A stretch of 64,000 bases of DNA from an uncultured delta proteobacterium. Lineage in GTDB: Bacteria; Bdellovibrionota; FAC87; UBA2466. The notes under the pieces were generated by a model. The model was given only the letters and a program-made list of their open reading frames with translations, did no database searches and was not told the origin of the DNA. The position numbers and the translations under genes were made by a program. Shown here in pieces: positions 32,100 to 42,063 of this stretch (position 1 is its first letter; each line of letters begins with the position of its first letter). Where the stretch lies: NCBI GenBank assembly GCA_963778115.1, contig CAVZSV010000004.1, forward strand, positions 768,001-832,000, given 5' to 3'.

Positions 32100-33136
32100 T
32101 GAGCCGCTTTCGGTTTGGTCACACGCCACACAAAAAATCGCGCCAAACCATTAATAATAAGCGTGACTAAAAATAGCGTAAGACCGATTTCAGCAAGAGC
32201 CGAGCGAAGCACATCACTGGTGGCTTCCGCGTACTGATTCGCGATGACACTGGCCATCGTCTGAGAAGGGGCAAAAAGAGATGCTACGATTTCGGAACGG
32301 TTACCGATGACCATGGTTACCGCCATCGTTTCGCCCAAAGCGCGCCCCAGTCCCAAGATCACAGCCCCTATGATTCCCGGCTTGGAGCTCTTTAGGACGG
32401 AAAGATTCATCATCTCCCAACGAGTGCCCCCCAAAGCCAGAGTCGCTTCTCGTTGGCTGCGAGGAATCGCTCGAAAGACTTCACGGCAGATGGAAGCTAT
32501 GGTCGGAGTTACCATAATGGCCAGAATAATCCCGGCGGCAAACATGCCAACCCCGTAGTAAGGCCCTTCAAAGAGAGGAATGAAGCCCAGGTTGTTTCCG
32601 ATCACAGGTTCTACTGTCGACTGTAACCACGGCGCCAGTACGAAAATCCCCCACAGTCCGTACACCACACTCGGAATGGCGGCCAACATTTCGACGAGAA
32701 ACCCCACAAGGATCGCTAGTCTTCGTGGGGCCAGTTCGTTCAGAAAAAGCGCGATCCCTAAACTGATGGGAGTGGCAAGTAAGATGCCCAAGAGCGAAGA
32801 AACGACCGTCCCAAAAACAACGGGAAGGGCACCGTAAACGTCCCTAACGGGATCCCAAACGGAGGTCGTTACGAAGGAAAAGCCAAACTGACGAATCGAA
32901 GGAAAAGCCGACTGAACGAGATAGGCAGCGATAAGAAGCAGAAGCAAAATGACACTCAACCCCATTGCTCTTAACAACCAGAGAAAGAGCCTGTCGGCGT
33001 AGTGCACTTCTTTGTAGCGCCGGACGGGGGCAGCCATGGTTTTCAATTTGGATTCGGCAAAAGTTTGTGGCCAATGGCTCAAAGGATTCAAGGGAAATGG
33101 ACTATTTGGTGTTGTTTCTAGATCCATAAGATACAC
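32096..33136 (-). CDS. pstC: Phosphate ABC permease
   Basis: LAAIPSVVYGLWG, GRALGETMAVTMVIGN; start uncertain. Confidence 0.96.
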   Translation of the reverse strand: MYLMDLETTPNSPFPLNPLSHWPQTFAESKLKTMAAPVRRYKEVHYADRLFLWLLRAMGLSVILLLLLIAAYLVQSAFPSIRQFGFSFVTTSVWDPVRDVYGALPVVFGTVVSSLLGILLATPISLGIALFLNELAPRRLAILVGFLVEMLAAIPSVVYGLWGIFVLAPWLQSTVEPVIGNNLGFIPLFEGPYYGVGMFAAGIILAIMVTPTIASICREVFRAIPRSQREATLALGGTRWEMMNLSVLKSSKPGIIGAVILGLGRALGETMAVTMVIGNRSEIVASLFAPSQTMASVIANQYAEATSDVLRSALAEIGLTLFLVTLIINGLARFFVWRVTKPKAAQ

Positions 33137-33343
33137 GAGACCGCACGGCAGACATAGAATTCTAGGGCCGTCACGAAGGTCCTCCCGTTGAAGTTTCGAA
33201 AGCAGCTTCCAGGCTAAAACGGCTAAACGTTCGAAAATCCAGCGGTAAAACCCTCGCCGGTTGTAAACGAACCAGAGGTCTGCGTCGTGTTAGGATTTTG
33301 TTAGAGCTAGTCCATTTGTTTTGCCAAATAGTTTCGATAAGAT

Positions 33344-34984
33344 ATGAAGAACTCTTTAGCAACCTGTGTGGGGTTCTCTTTGAGCTTTGGATATTTGCTT
33401 ATCTGGCTGGTCGGTATCTCAAACCTCTCGCTCATCATGCGATCGGTCCGCAATCGCCCTATCATTCACTACAGTTGGATCACGGCCGCCTCCCTAGTCC
33501 TTATAGGAATGGGAATTACCGCACACATGGCCGATCGCGATACGGCAGGGTACGCAGGAGCGTTGCTATGGGTGCTGCTTATTGCACTTCCCAATCTGGG
33601 AGCTTCCAAGATCGATCGCCTTTGTAATCAGCACCGCTTCTCTTCGGCGCGCCAGTGGGCGTTTCTTTGCCGCATGCTGCATCCTTCGCGAGAATACCGG
33701 AGCCTTCCTACCGTCATCGAGGGGATTGAGGGCGCCTACGAAGGAAAAGCCGTCTCAACGACCGAGATTATCCGTCGGCTTGGCGACATTGGAGATTCTC
33801 TCTCCAGCCGACTTCTTTCACATTGGTTTTCGTTAACGGCAGACTGGTCCGGTTTAGTCGAATGGGTGAGAAAGTCGGAAATTACTTCTCCTGCGGGAGG
33901 CACTCGAGGAAGGGAGCTGGTAGAAAAAGACTCGAGCTTAATGACATGCTATTTACGAGCCCTTGGGGAAACCGGTGACCTGGAACAATTGGTACGGCTC
34001 TGTAGTCGCTATGCGGTAGGAAGCGGAGATCTGTCGGGATATACCACTGCTGTCCGCCGGCTCTTTCTCTTTGCGTTCTGCGGAAAACGGACGGCAGTGA
34101 CTCGTCTTTTCAACGGTCCTTTGCGCAAGTTTCCCTCTTCCAATCAGCTCTTTTGGCTCGCCACTGCGGATATGGCGGCGGGAAACCCCGCGGCGGGCGA
34201 GACCTTTCGATTATTAATGGCCTCCGACGATTTGCGCGTGAGAAAGGGGGCGGAACGACGAATCCTCTCCCCTGTCGCCAAGGCCGATGAAATGCTGACG
34301 ATGGGATCCGCCAATGAGGTGATCCACCAGGAAATTGAGGCCGGGCTCGACGAGCAACTCATTGCAGCACCCGCCAAGCGATCGGAACGCGCCTACGTCA
34401 CCTATGTCCTTATTGCCGCCAACGTCATCATGTTCGCCATTGAGGGTCAAATGGGCGGCAGCGAAGACGTGGTCGCCCTCTTTCGATTAGGAGCTTTGGT
34501 CCCAGAACTGGTTCGCGCCGGTGAATGGTGGCGCATCCCTGCTTCTATGTTCCTGCACTTCGGTCCGCTGCATTTGGGAATGAACATGTTAGCGCTATTT
34601 TTAGTGGGACCCTTCGTCGAATTTGCCGTAGGAGGACCCCGTTACCTTATCGTCTACCTAGGAAGCGGTGTTCTTAGCATGGGTAGTGTCTGTGTCCTTG
34701 CGCTCGAAGGAGCACTTAAGGGCCAGTTTCTCGTTGGAGCTTCCGGCGCCATCATGGGACTGATAGGAGCCTCGGCGGCAATTTTTTTTCGCATTTGGAA
34801 AGCAGAGCGCACGAAGTTTGCGTCCCAAAGATTAAGCTCTTTGGGAATCGCGCTTCTTATTCAGTTAGCCTTCGACTTAAGTACTCCCGAAGTCAGTATG
34901 TCCTCCCATCTCGCGGGAGTCATAGCGGGCGCTGCCATTGGTCTGATGATGAAGCATCGAGTACGAAACCCGCCGCGACGCTAA
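33344..34984 (+). CDS. Rhomboid intramembrane serine protease with extended N-terminal region
   Basis: EWWR..SMFLH..HL.MN, GASG catalytic Ser, HLAG catalytic His. Confidence 0.9.
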   Translation: MKNSLATCVGFSLSFGYLLIWLVGISNLSLIMRSVRNRPIIHYSWITAASLVLIGMGITAHMADRDTAGYAGALLWVLLIALPNLGASKIDRLCNQHRFSSARQWAFLCRMLHPSREYRSLPTVIEGIEGAYEGKAVSTTEIIRRLGDIGDSLSSRLLSHWFSLTADWSGLVEWVRKSEITSPAGGTRGRELVEKDSSLMTCYLRALGETGDLEQLVRLCSRYAVGSGDLSGYTTAVRRLFLFAFCGKRTAVTRLFNGPLRKFPSSNQLFWLATADMAAGNPAAGETFRLLMASDDLRVRKGAERRILSPVAKADEMLTMGSANEVIHQEIEAGLDEQLIAAPAKRSERAYVTYVLIAANVIMFAIEGQMGGSEDVVALFRLGALVPELVRAGEWWRIPASMFLHFGPLHLGMNMLALFLVGPFVEFAVGGPRYLIVYLGSGVLSMGSVCVLALEGALKGQFLVGASGAIMGLIGASAAIFFRIWKAERTKFASQRLSSLGIALLIQLAFDLSTPEVSMSSHLAGVIAGAAIGLMMKHRVRNPPRR

Positions 34985-34988
34985 ACTT

Positions 34989-36056
34989 TTACCCTTGCGG
35001 CTTTATTTCTATCGCCGATACTCTCTGAAGAGCGCGCTTCTTTACCGCTTCGGGTAGCGGGGAATAAAAAAGCGAATCAGCGTACTTCTGCCCGTCCGTG
35101 AGTGCCCACTTGAGAAAGCTCACGATCTTTGAACCTTTGTCGGGGTTTGTCTGTTGTTGATAAACTAATAGGTAGGTAAATCCGCTAATGGGGTAAGCCT
35201 CTCGTGCAGACGAATTAGTGAGGGATACTCTGAAATCATCTGGAATTTTAACTCCCGTTGCAGAAGCCGAAACCGACTTAAGCGAAGGGACTACAAATTT
35301 CTTGGAACTATTTTCTACAGTCGCGTAGGGAAGCTTATTGTTCTCAGCGTAAATGAGTTCTACGTAACCGATACTCCCCGAGCTCTGTTTGACGCTCCCA
35401 GAGACTCCTTCGTTTCCCTTGCCGCCGATTCCGGACGGCCAATTCACGGCGGTCCCGGTGCCGACCTTCTGTTTCCAATCCGGGCTCACTTTGGAAAGAT
35501 AGTCGGTGAAAATATTGGTCGTTCCACTTCCGTCAGCTCGGTGGACAACGATAATATCGCCGGAAAGAGTGACCCCCGGATTGAGCTTCGTGAGCTTAGG
35601 ATCGTTCCACTTGGTAATCTTTCCCAAGAAAATGTCCGCGATGACTTCGCCATTGAGTTTAAGGCCCGTCTGAACTCCCTTAACGTTGTAGGTCACCACA
35701 ACAGCACCCAGTACCGTCGGAATGTGGAATACGGGAGCGGTCGCTTTTTTGAGCTGCTCTTCGGTCATCGGAGCGTCAGAAGCCCCGAAATCGATAGTTC
35801 TTTCCAGAAACTGCTTCACCCCTCCCCCGCTTCCAATCGACTGGTAGTTAAACTGAGCGTCGGAATGACTTTTTTGGTATTCGGAGAACCATTTGGTATA
35901 GAGCGGATAGGGAAAGCTGGCTCCGGCACCCGTAATTTGTGTCGCCGCGAAAAGGGCACCTCCGCTGACTAGGGACAGCACCAAGGCAAATCCCAAGAAA
36001 AATCCAAAAGGGAAACGTCTGTTTTTCGTCATTACTGTTCTCCGTCTCATCTTCAA
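34989..36056 (-). CDS. pstS: Phosphate-binding protein
   Basis: GAGASFPYP, YQSIGSGGG, FGASD, RADGSGTT, GKGNEGV, YPISGFTY. Confidence 0.97.
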   Translation of the reverse strand: MKMRRRTVMTKNRRFPFGFFLGFALVLSLVSGGALFAATQITGAGASFPYPLYTKWFSEYQKSHSDAQFNYQSIGSGGGVKQFLERTIDFGASDAPMTEEQLKKATAPVFHIPTVLGAVVVTYNVKGVQTGLKLNGEVIADIFLGKITKWNDPKLTKLNPGVTLSGDIIVVHRADGSGTTNIFTDYLSKVSPDWKQKVGTGTAVNWPSGIGGKGNEGVSGSVKQSSGSIGYVELIYAENNKLPYATVENSSKKFVVPSLKSVSASATGVKIPDDFRVSLTNSSAREAYPISGFTYLLVYQQQTNPDKGSKIVSFLKWALTDGQKYADSLFYSPLPEAVKKRALQRVSAIEIKPQG

Positions 36057-36081
36057 GGTTAGCTAGAGTAAGCCCTACGGT

Positions 36082-36945
36082 CTACCTTGCTTTGGTGGGA
36101 TCGAATATTAAATTTACGTCAGAAATTTTGGATGAAGAGTCCCCGCCAGGTCCAAAGCTTTTGAGTCGATAGATTCCCTCTACTCTGGGAGCCGGCAGAT
36201 CGCTGCAAACGGTCTCCACAAAAACATGGTAGGCGTTAGGATAAAGCTTGGCCAATCCCGCTAGATTTCTAGGTTCATTCTCAAAAGAAGCTACTAGCTG
36301 ACCGAACTGTCTGACATTTCGCGCGGCCTCAAGTTTGTAAGTCAAGTCATCCAGGGTAGCGTCGTCTTTCATCCAAAGAATCGTGCGATCGCCCAAAGGA
36401 AAATGATCTCGTTTCAAATTTTGCAAAGTCCCCGTCTCCATCTTGGCTCGCTCTCTGCCGGTCAAGTACACCAAGAGAGCTCCCATTTTATGAAGCTGTG
36501 TCGCAAACTCAACACTCCCTGGATACGGCCTATCCAGAGGAAGATATTCATTAGAGAAAAAACGCGGCCACCAATAGCTCTTAATCAAAGCAGCAGTACG
36601 TATAATCTTGGGATCTTTAATGTCGAGTCCTAGCGCGTGTAAAGTATCGTTAAGGGAATAACCCACGTGTTCCAGCTCGAGTTTATCCAAGGCCTGTAAG
36701 AGCTCGGCTGCCACTTCCGATCTCGACTTTTCCACCCATTCTCTAATGATGCCGTGGCTTCGAGGGGCCACTTCGTAAAGAGTGGAATCCAAATCTAAAA
36801 GAACCACAGGCGTCTTTTCGCACGCTAAAACGGTCTTCACGGTTTGCGTGATAAGAGCGATAATTTCCGCATCCGAATGGGTATGGAAATCGGACTGCTT
36901 AAGCCAATGCGCTCTGCTGAAATGGTCTTCGTTTTGTGCCGCCAC
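36082..36945 (-). CDS. HAD-superfamily phosphatase
   Basis: DLDSTL motif I, YLTGR motif II, K, FENEP.N motif IV. Confidence 0.8.
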   Translation of the reverse strand: MAAQNEDHFSRAHWLKQSDFHTHSDAEIIALITQTVKTVLACEKTPVVLLDLDSTLYEVAPRSHGIIREWVEKSRSEVAAELLQALDKLELEHVGYSLNDTLHALGLDIKDPKIIRTAALIKSYWWPRFFSNEYLPLDRPYPGSVEFATQLHKMGALLVYLTGRERAKMETGTLQNLKRDHFPLGDRTILWMKDDATLDDLTYKLEAARNVRQFGQLVASFENEPRNLAGLAKLYPNAYHVFVETVCSDLPAPRVEGIYRLKSFGPGGDSSSKISDVNLIFDPTKAR

Positions 36946-36983
36946 AGCCCCTTAATCTCACAAATCCCAAAAGGTTCCTACAA

Positions 36984-37052
36984 AAAGGTACGGCCTACCT
37001 TCTTGTATACACAAAGGTAGGCCGTACCTTTGTGTGGTTCCTTTGTGTGGTT
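36984..37052. repeat. Nested inverted repeat (REPIN-like doublet) plus a 13-bp tandem duplication
   Basis: AAAGGTACGGCCTACCTT-N12-AAGGTAGGCCGTACCTTT (perfect 18 bp), then CCTTTGTGTGGTT twice. Confidence 0.85.
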
Positions 37053-37123
37053 GACGTTGAGGGGGCCGGCCCCTAAGAATCCTTGAGAGAGATTTTAGAG
37101 GGTATGGGTGTGGGGGGAATCGC

Positions 37124-38041
37124 TTGCCTAAGAAAATACTTAGTGATTTCGATGGGGTACTTACTGACCTGAAGCAGGAAGCGCTTCGCGTATCGGAGAT
37201 CTTTGAATCGAAGCTCTACCAGGAGAGCGGACAGCCCGCCGAAGTCGTCAAAAGCTGGCTAGAAGAGGGCAAAGTCGCCATGCGTGGCTTTCCTTACCGG
37301 TACGGCTGGAAGATCAAAGGCAGGATTGCGGCCTTCTGTAATGAAGACGCCTTCATTAGAGTCAATTCACTGGGAGTATTTCTAGATGAGAAGGCAAACC
37401 ATGACCCCGTGCTCGCCCAAGTTAAACTCCGACTTACCGGTCATGGGCAAGAAGGGCTAAGCGGGTTTTACGATTTAGCCCAAGCGTCCTTTCAACAGAT
37501 GACCCGAGAGACTTCACGCGGCGAACACAATCCCATCGAACAGACTACCGTTCACGCCATCGAGGCGATATTACGCCGAGGCCATGGCGTGGTAATCGTT
37601 TCCAACTCCAAGACGGATCGCATCGTCCACTTGCTTCAAAAAGCGGGACTTCCCGCCCTGGCTCATCAAGACGGTCACCAGGAAAATTCCAGCGCTCCGC
37701 TTCGCGTACGTGGAGGGGCCGGAAAATTTCTCTTAGGAGATAGGCCCGACTCGTTCAACGTAGGGGAATATAAGGTCGAAGTCGATCGCCCTGCCTACCG
37801 AAAGATTCTCGAAGAGGAGAAGCCCGATATAGTCATTGGGGATGTCTTTTCGTTAGACCTAGCACTCCCGCTACAACTCGCGGAACGAAAAGTTCCCGGG
37901 TTTGAATCCTTAAAGATATGGCTGCGCAAACGCGACTACACTCCCGAATGGAGTGAACACTACGTAACAGAATCCTGTCAGGAGGCTAGCGGTGGCGTAC
38001 TCGAAGAGTTCGACGAACTCGTGGTTTTGGGAACGGCTTAG
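37124..38041 (+). CDS. HAD-like hydrolase
   Basis: SDFDGVLT, IVSNS, IGDVFSLDL. Confidence 0.7.
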   Translation: MPKKILSDFDGVLTDLKQEALRVSEIFESKLYQESGQPAEVVKSWLEEGKVAMRGFPYRYGWKIKGRIAAFCNEDAFIRVNSLGVFLDEKANHDPVLAQVKLRLTGHGQEGLSGFYDLAQASFQQMTRETSRGEHNPIEQTTVHAIEAILRRGHGVVIVSNSKTDRIVHLLQKAGLPALAHQDGHQENSSAPLRVRGGAGKFLLGDRPDSFNVGEYKVEVDRPAYRKILEEEKPDIVIGDVFSLDLALPLQLAERKVPGFESLKIWLRKRDYTPEWSEHYVTESCQEASGGVLEEFDELVVLGTA

Positions 38042-39362
38042 AAGAACCGCAATCAAAAGCGGTGAGACCGATGCGATAAAACATTCCAGACCTTTTCGCA
38101 TCCGGCGTTCGGTGAATTGGCTGACACTGGGACTCACCTATTCCGCGATGTACATGGGACGCTACAACCTTTCTTTTGCCAACAAAGCGCTCTCAAGTAC
38201 TTACGGTTGGAACAAGACTCAAATCGGCGCCATCATAACAGCGGCCCTTTCGATCTACGGATTTTCCGCCATGTTTAACGGCCCCATTGCAGATAAAATT
38301 GGCGGCCGTCGCGCCATGCTTATCGGAGCTTCGGGAACGGTTGTCTTTAATCTTCTCTTCGGGCTTGGCGCCTATATGGGCTTTTTAGGAAAGGGAACGC
38401 TGCTACTCGGATATTTTGCAACGGTGTGGGCTTTGAACGCCTACTTTCAATCCTTCAGCGCGCTTTCGCTTATCAAAGTCAATGCGGCTTGGTTTCATGT
38501 CAGAGAACGAGGAGTTTTCTCTGCTATTTTTGGGTCCATGATTCAAGGAGGAAGAGCCCTCATCTTTTTTGTCGGCGGAATTTTGGTGACTATCCTCCCC
38601 TGGCAGTGGGTCTTTTTTGTTCCTTCGGCGATAGTGCTTTTCATGGCCGTTCTGACCTACTTTTTCGTGCAAGACAGTCCCGAAGATTGCAACTTGCCTC
38701 CTCTTGATGTCGAAGATGCTTCCAGCGGAGACTCAGAAACGGTCACCGTAAGATATGTTCTAAAAAAAGTGCTTACCAATCCCATCACGCTGACGATTGC
38801 GGTGGCGGAATTTTGTACGGGCCTAGTTCGTCATGGATTTGAGCAGTGGTTCCCAAGGTACATGTTAGAGGCGCAACATCTATCGCTAGAATCCCACGTC
38901 TTTCAAGCAGGGGCCGCATCGGTGGTTCTAGCAGGCATCGCCGGAGCTTTCGCAGCAGGCATGTTCTCCGATTGGATTTTTGGAGGCAGACGAACGCCGG
39001 TAGCTTTCGTAGGCTATGCGATCCAATGTATTTGTCTGGCGGTGGTCTGGAGATCTCCCAGTACCCAATCGGTGATATTTGCTTTTGTCGCCAACTCCTT
39101 TGCCATTAGCATGGTGCATTCCATGCTTTCGGGAACTGCCTCCATGGATTTCGGAGGAAAAAAAGCTGCGGCTACTGCATGTGGAATTTTCGATGGCATG
39201 CAATACTTAGGCGGATCGTTCGTCGGCATCGGAATGGGATGGATGCTCCAACACTGGGGCTGGAGTGCATGGGGACCCTCGATGATTGGGTTTGCGGGGG
39301 TGGGAGGAGTATTGATGCTGGTACTTTGGAATGCGCGCCCGAAAACTAGCCTTCATTCTTAA
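37992..39362 (+). CDS. MFS transporter, organophosphate:Pi antiporter (GlpT/UhpC-like)
   Basis: YMGRYN, NGPIADKIGGR, WF..RERG, MDFGGKKAAATACGIFDG.QY.G. The real start is probably near 38071. Confidence 0.85.
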   Translation: MAYSKSSTNSWFWERLRRTAIKSGETDAIKHSRPFRIRRSVNWLTLGLTYSAMYMGRYNLSFANKALSSTYGWNKTQIGAIITAALSIYGFSAMFNGPIADKIGGRRAMLIGASGTVVFNLLFGLGAYMGFLGKGTLLLGYFATVWALNAYFQSFSALSLIKVNAAWFHVRERGVFSAIFGSMIQGGRALIFFVGGILVTILPWQWVFFVPSAIVLFMAVLTYFFVQDSPEDCNLPPLDVEDASSGDSETVTVRYVLKKVLTNPITLTIAVAEFCTGLVRHGFEQWFPRYMLEAQHLSLESHVFQAGAASVVLAGIAGAFAAGMFSDWIFGGRRTPVAFVGYAIQCICLAVVWRSPSTQSVIFAFVANSFAISMVHSMLSGTASMDFGGKKAAATACGIFDGMQYLGGSFVGIGMGWMLQHWGWSAWGPSMIGFAGVGGVLMLVLWNARPKTSLHS

Positions 39363-39428
39363 TCCATTATGCTGCCACGAATGGGGAATGAGTCCGAGAT
39401 CTGGAAATGGCTAAACGTCTCGTGAGAC

Positions 39429-40619
39429 TTAGTCGTTCTTTTCTAAGCCAATCGCCCTGGTCTGTGCTTTATACTTCTCTACTAACCCGATTGCAGGGTT
39501 ACTCTTTCCTTCAAGACTCAAATCCATCAACTTCATTTCGGATTCATAGGTCGCCGCCGTGGCGTCGGGCTCAACTTCTTGGATGGAAACTTCCGATATT
39601 TCATCGAGCAACTCTTTTCGTCGCTGCTGCAGATGGGCAACACTGGCCGTGTGGCGCGAATGCGGTTTACTCTTTAGATTTTCTTCGACCGGATAGAGTT
39701 CAGCGCGAAGACTGGCCAGTTTAGTTTCGGTTTCATAGGCAACATCGGGATTATAGAAAGCGGAGAACCCGGGCCTTACCTGAAGAGAGAGTTTCGCCCA
39801 AGACATTCCCCGTTGGTAGGGGCTAACGTATAACGTCTTACGCGCGATCTGTTCACTACCCGGGCTCACATTCGCATCCCCAGCGCCAAGAATGATATTA
39901 ATTTCCGGAAACTCTTTCGCAATCTTTTCGTTTTCCGATCGCCCTAATGACGAGAGTAAAACAATAACTTTCGGTTCCTGACTCATCTCGGAAAAGATCA
40001 TCTTAAGTGCCTTTTCCGGTGAGACGACATCCACAGAATTGTCTTCTTTGGGAATTCCTTGGGAGCCCGATAGTCCCACAACAAAAAGCGAAACTTCATT
40101 AGTGCCTCGAAATTCGCGGAAGCGTTCGAATAGGGGAATTTGACTCGATTTATCGTAGAGGTCGCTGCTGATAAAAGCGAATTCCGCTTTAGCCTTTAAC
40201 GCCATTAAATTATCGAGTCCCAATCGCAAATCACTTCCGGCCGGTGTAATGGCATCCAAATGCATCGTATTTAAAGCCTCCACCATGGCGTCGGCTTTGC
40301 GCTGGTACATATCCTTCTTCGCCGGATCAAAGGTGGTTTGGGTGAAGGTCATTCCCGCCGAAAAAGCATGGACCCGACCTTGGGCCTTTCGCCATTCGTG
40401 AAGGGCCTTCCACGAGCGACCCACTCCGCCTAATGGATTGAATTCACAACCACACGGTTCAAGTTCTTGTTGGAAGCTAGACGCGAAGGCGAGGTTCACT
40501 TCTCCGGGCTTGTTAAGCTTTTCTGCCGTCGCCACCGGCTCCGTAGTCGGTTCCGACGAACAGGCTCCTAAAATTAAAACCAAGCCCAACAAAGTGACTT
40601 TCAATACATTAACTTTCAT
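39429..40619 (-). CDS. UshA/5'-nucleotidase-like lipoprotein with CGC motif
   Basis: ATG 40619 with GGAGG SD, lipobox LGAC, ELEPCGCEFNPLGG; metal-ligand positions look degenerate. Confidence 0.7.
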   Translation of the reverse strand: MKVNVLKVTLLGLVLILGACSSEPTTEPVATAEKLNKPGEVNLAFASSFQQELEPCGCEFNPLGGVGRSWKALHEWRKAQGRVHAFSAGMTFTQTTFDPAKKDMYQRKADAMVEALNTMHLDAITPAGSDLRLGLDNLMALKAKAEFAFISSDLYDKSSQIPLFERFREFRGTNEVSLFVVGLSGSQGIPKEDNSVDVVSPEKALKMIFSEMSQEPKVIVLLSSLGRSENEKIAKEFPEINIILGAGDANVSPGSEQIARKTLYVSPYQRGMSWAKLSLQVRPGFSAFYNPDVAYETETKLASLRAELYPVEENLKSKPHSRHTASVAHLQQRRKELLDEISEVSIQEVEPDATAATYESEMKLMDLSLEGKSNPAIGLVEKYKAQTRAIGLEKND

Positions 40620-40647
40620 CGTTTTCCTGCCTCCGTCAAAAAAGGTC

Positions 40648-41991
40648 TTATCGATCGGCATTATTCTTATTATCGTGACTCTTTTTCTTATCCGCACCAG
40701 TAGATCCGCTAACCGTACTATGGACGATAAGTCCCGTCGCGGCGGTAGTGAGTGCAGCAAGGCCGAGTTTTTTAAGAACTGCATTTGCGGGGGCGGCTAC
40801 GGTATAGGCCTCTTGCAAAGGTGATATCAGGCAGTGATTTTTCGGATTGAACAGGGTTTCAAACGCTTTACGGGGGAGCCGACCTGACTCCACCAATTCA
40901 GCCATCTTGGCAATGAAGCTCTCCGCCGTTCGCTTGTCTGCTTCTTTAAAAAAGTTTTCTGCGCTAAGTCCCTTTCTTGTGAGGGCTTCGGTAATGGCTT
41001 CTTTAAGTTGCGCGTTAGTGCCTTTAACCTGGGTCCAGTCGCCTTCCCAATCTTTCGGGACAAAAGCGCTCAGATCTATTCCTTGGGCATGCGCCAATTC
41101 AATTAGCGTTTGTCGCGCCGAGGAAGAGAACGCTTTTCCCAGAACTTCGGCTCCTCCCATCACCCGGGGGGAATCTTGAGCGGCCGCTTCACGCTCTATC
41201 GTTTCCAAATCTCTGGGAATTTCTCCCGGCTTCGAATGGTCACGCACCACTTCCAACAGGGTATTGCAGGCGGCCTCTTCCTCGGAAGTCATCTTCTTTG
41301 CCGTTAGATCGCTAGCTCCTTTTTGCTGTCCCTTTTTGTAATTTGCCAAAGTGTTATAGCCATTAGTGAGATCGGACATCTCTTTAGGGGTTCGTCGTCC
41401 CGTATTAGCCCACTCCTGCACACCTTTGGCGACGTCGGGATCTCCGCTTTTGCCCACCCACTTGCCCACGGCATCGGTCAGTTCCTGCTGTTGGGCCCCC
41501 ATGCTTTCGCTTCGGGTAAGGGCCTCAAGCATTCTTGGAGAGGCTTTAGTGGTGGGATCTTTCACTCGGGCGGAGAGATCTCTTAAGGTTGAGTCCTCAA
41601 CACCCGCGGTACGATCCAAAACGTTGTAGAATTCATTATAGTGTTGGGTGAAAAGACCTTCACGCGCAGCGCGCTTTTCCGCCTCGGTCGCTAGCTTCGG
41701 ATTTCTTTCAATCGTCTCTAATCCTTTTAACATCTGATCGATGCGCTTGCCTTCTTCCGACGAAAGACCTGTTCTCGCCTTAGCCCCGCGAGCCTCGGTG
41801 ATAAAATCTCTTACTAGTTCGGGGGAGTCGGCGAATCGTTCCGCAAGCTCTATCGACCGGTACAGTCGAACGCGCCCTTCGGGAATTGCTTCGTCCACGG
41901 TTGCCGCATAAACTATTGGCAACCCCATTCCACAAAGCAGACCCACTGTGATGATAATTCGCGCGTGTCGTTGTCGAAGGCCTAACCCCAT
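40648..41991 (-). CDS. Exported helical hypothetical protein
   Basis: GAGG SD, N-terminal hydrophobic signal (IIITVGLLCGMGLPIVYA), C-terminal hydrophobic stretch. Confidence 0.7.
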   Translation of the reverse strand: MGLGLRQRHARIIITVGLLCGMGLPIVYAATVDEAIPEGRVRLYRSIELAERFADSPELVRDFITEARGAKARTGLSSEEGKRIDQMLKGLETIERNPKLATEAEKRAAREGLFTQHYNEFYNVLDRTAGVEDSTLRDLSARVKDPTTKASPRMLEALTRSESMGAQQQELTDAVGKWVGKSGDPDVAKGVQEWANTGRRTPKEMSDLTNGYNTLANYKKGQQKGASDLTAKKMTSEEEAACNTLLEVVRDHSKPGEIPRDLETIEREAAAQDSPRVMGGAEVLGKAFSSSARQTLIELAHAQGIDLSAFVPKDWEGDWTQVKGTNAQLKEAITEALTRKGLSAENFFKEADKRTAESFIAKMAELVESGRLPRKAFETLFNPKNHCLISPLQEAYTVAAPANAVLKKLGLAALTTAATGLIVHSTVSGSTGADKKKSHDNKNNADR

Positions 41992-42063
41992 GACATCCTC
42001 CTTAGCAATCAAAGTACAAATCAAAGAAAAGAATAAAGAAAAAAACTATTCCGTGGCCCAATC

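Noticed and set aside
33137..37123. Pho boxes upstream of pstC, pstS or the HAD gene
   Set aside because: No convincing 11-bp-spaced CTGTCAT-like direct repeats were found; a PWM scan is needed.
40440..40470. Selenocysteine recoding in the CGC motif
   Set aside because: Both Cys codons are TGT; there is no in-frame TGA.
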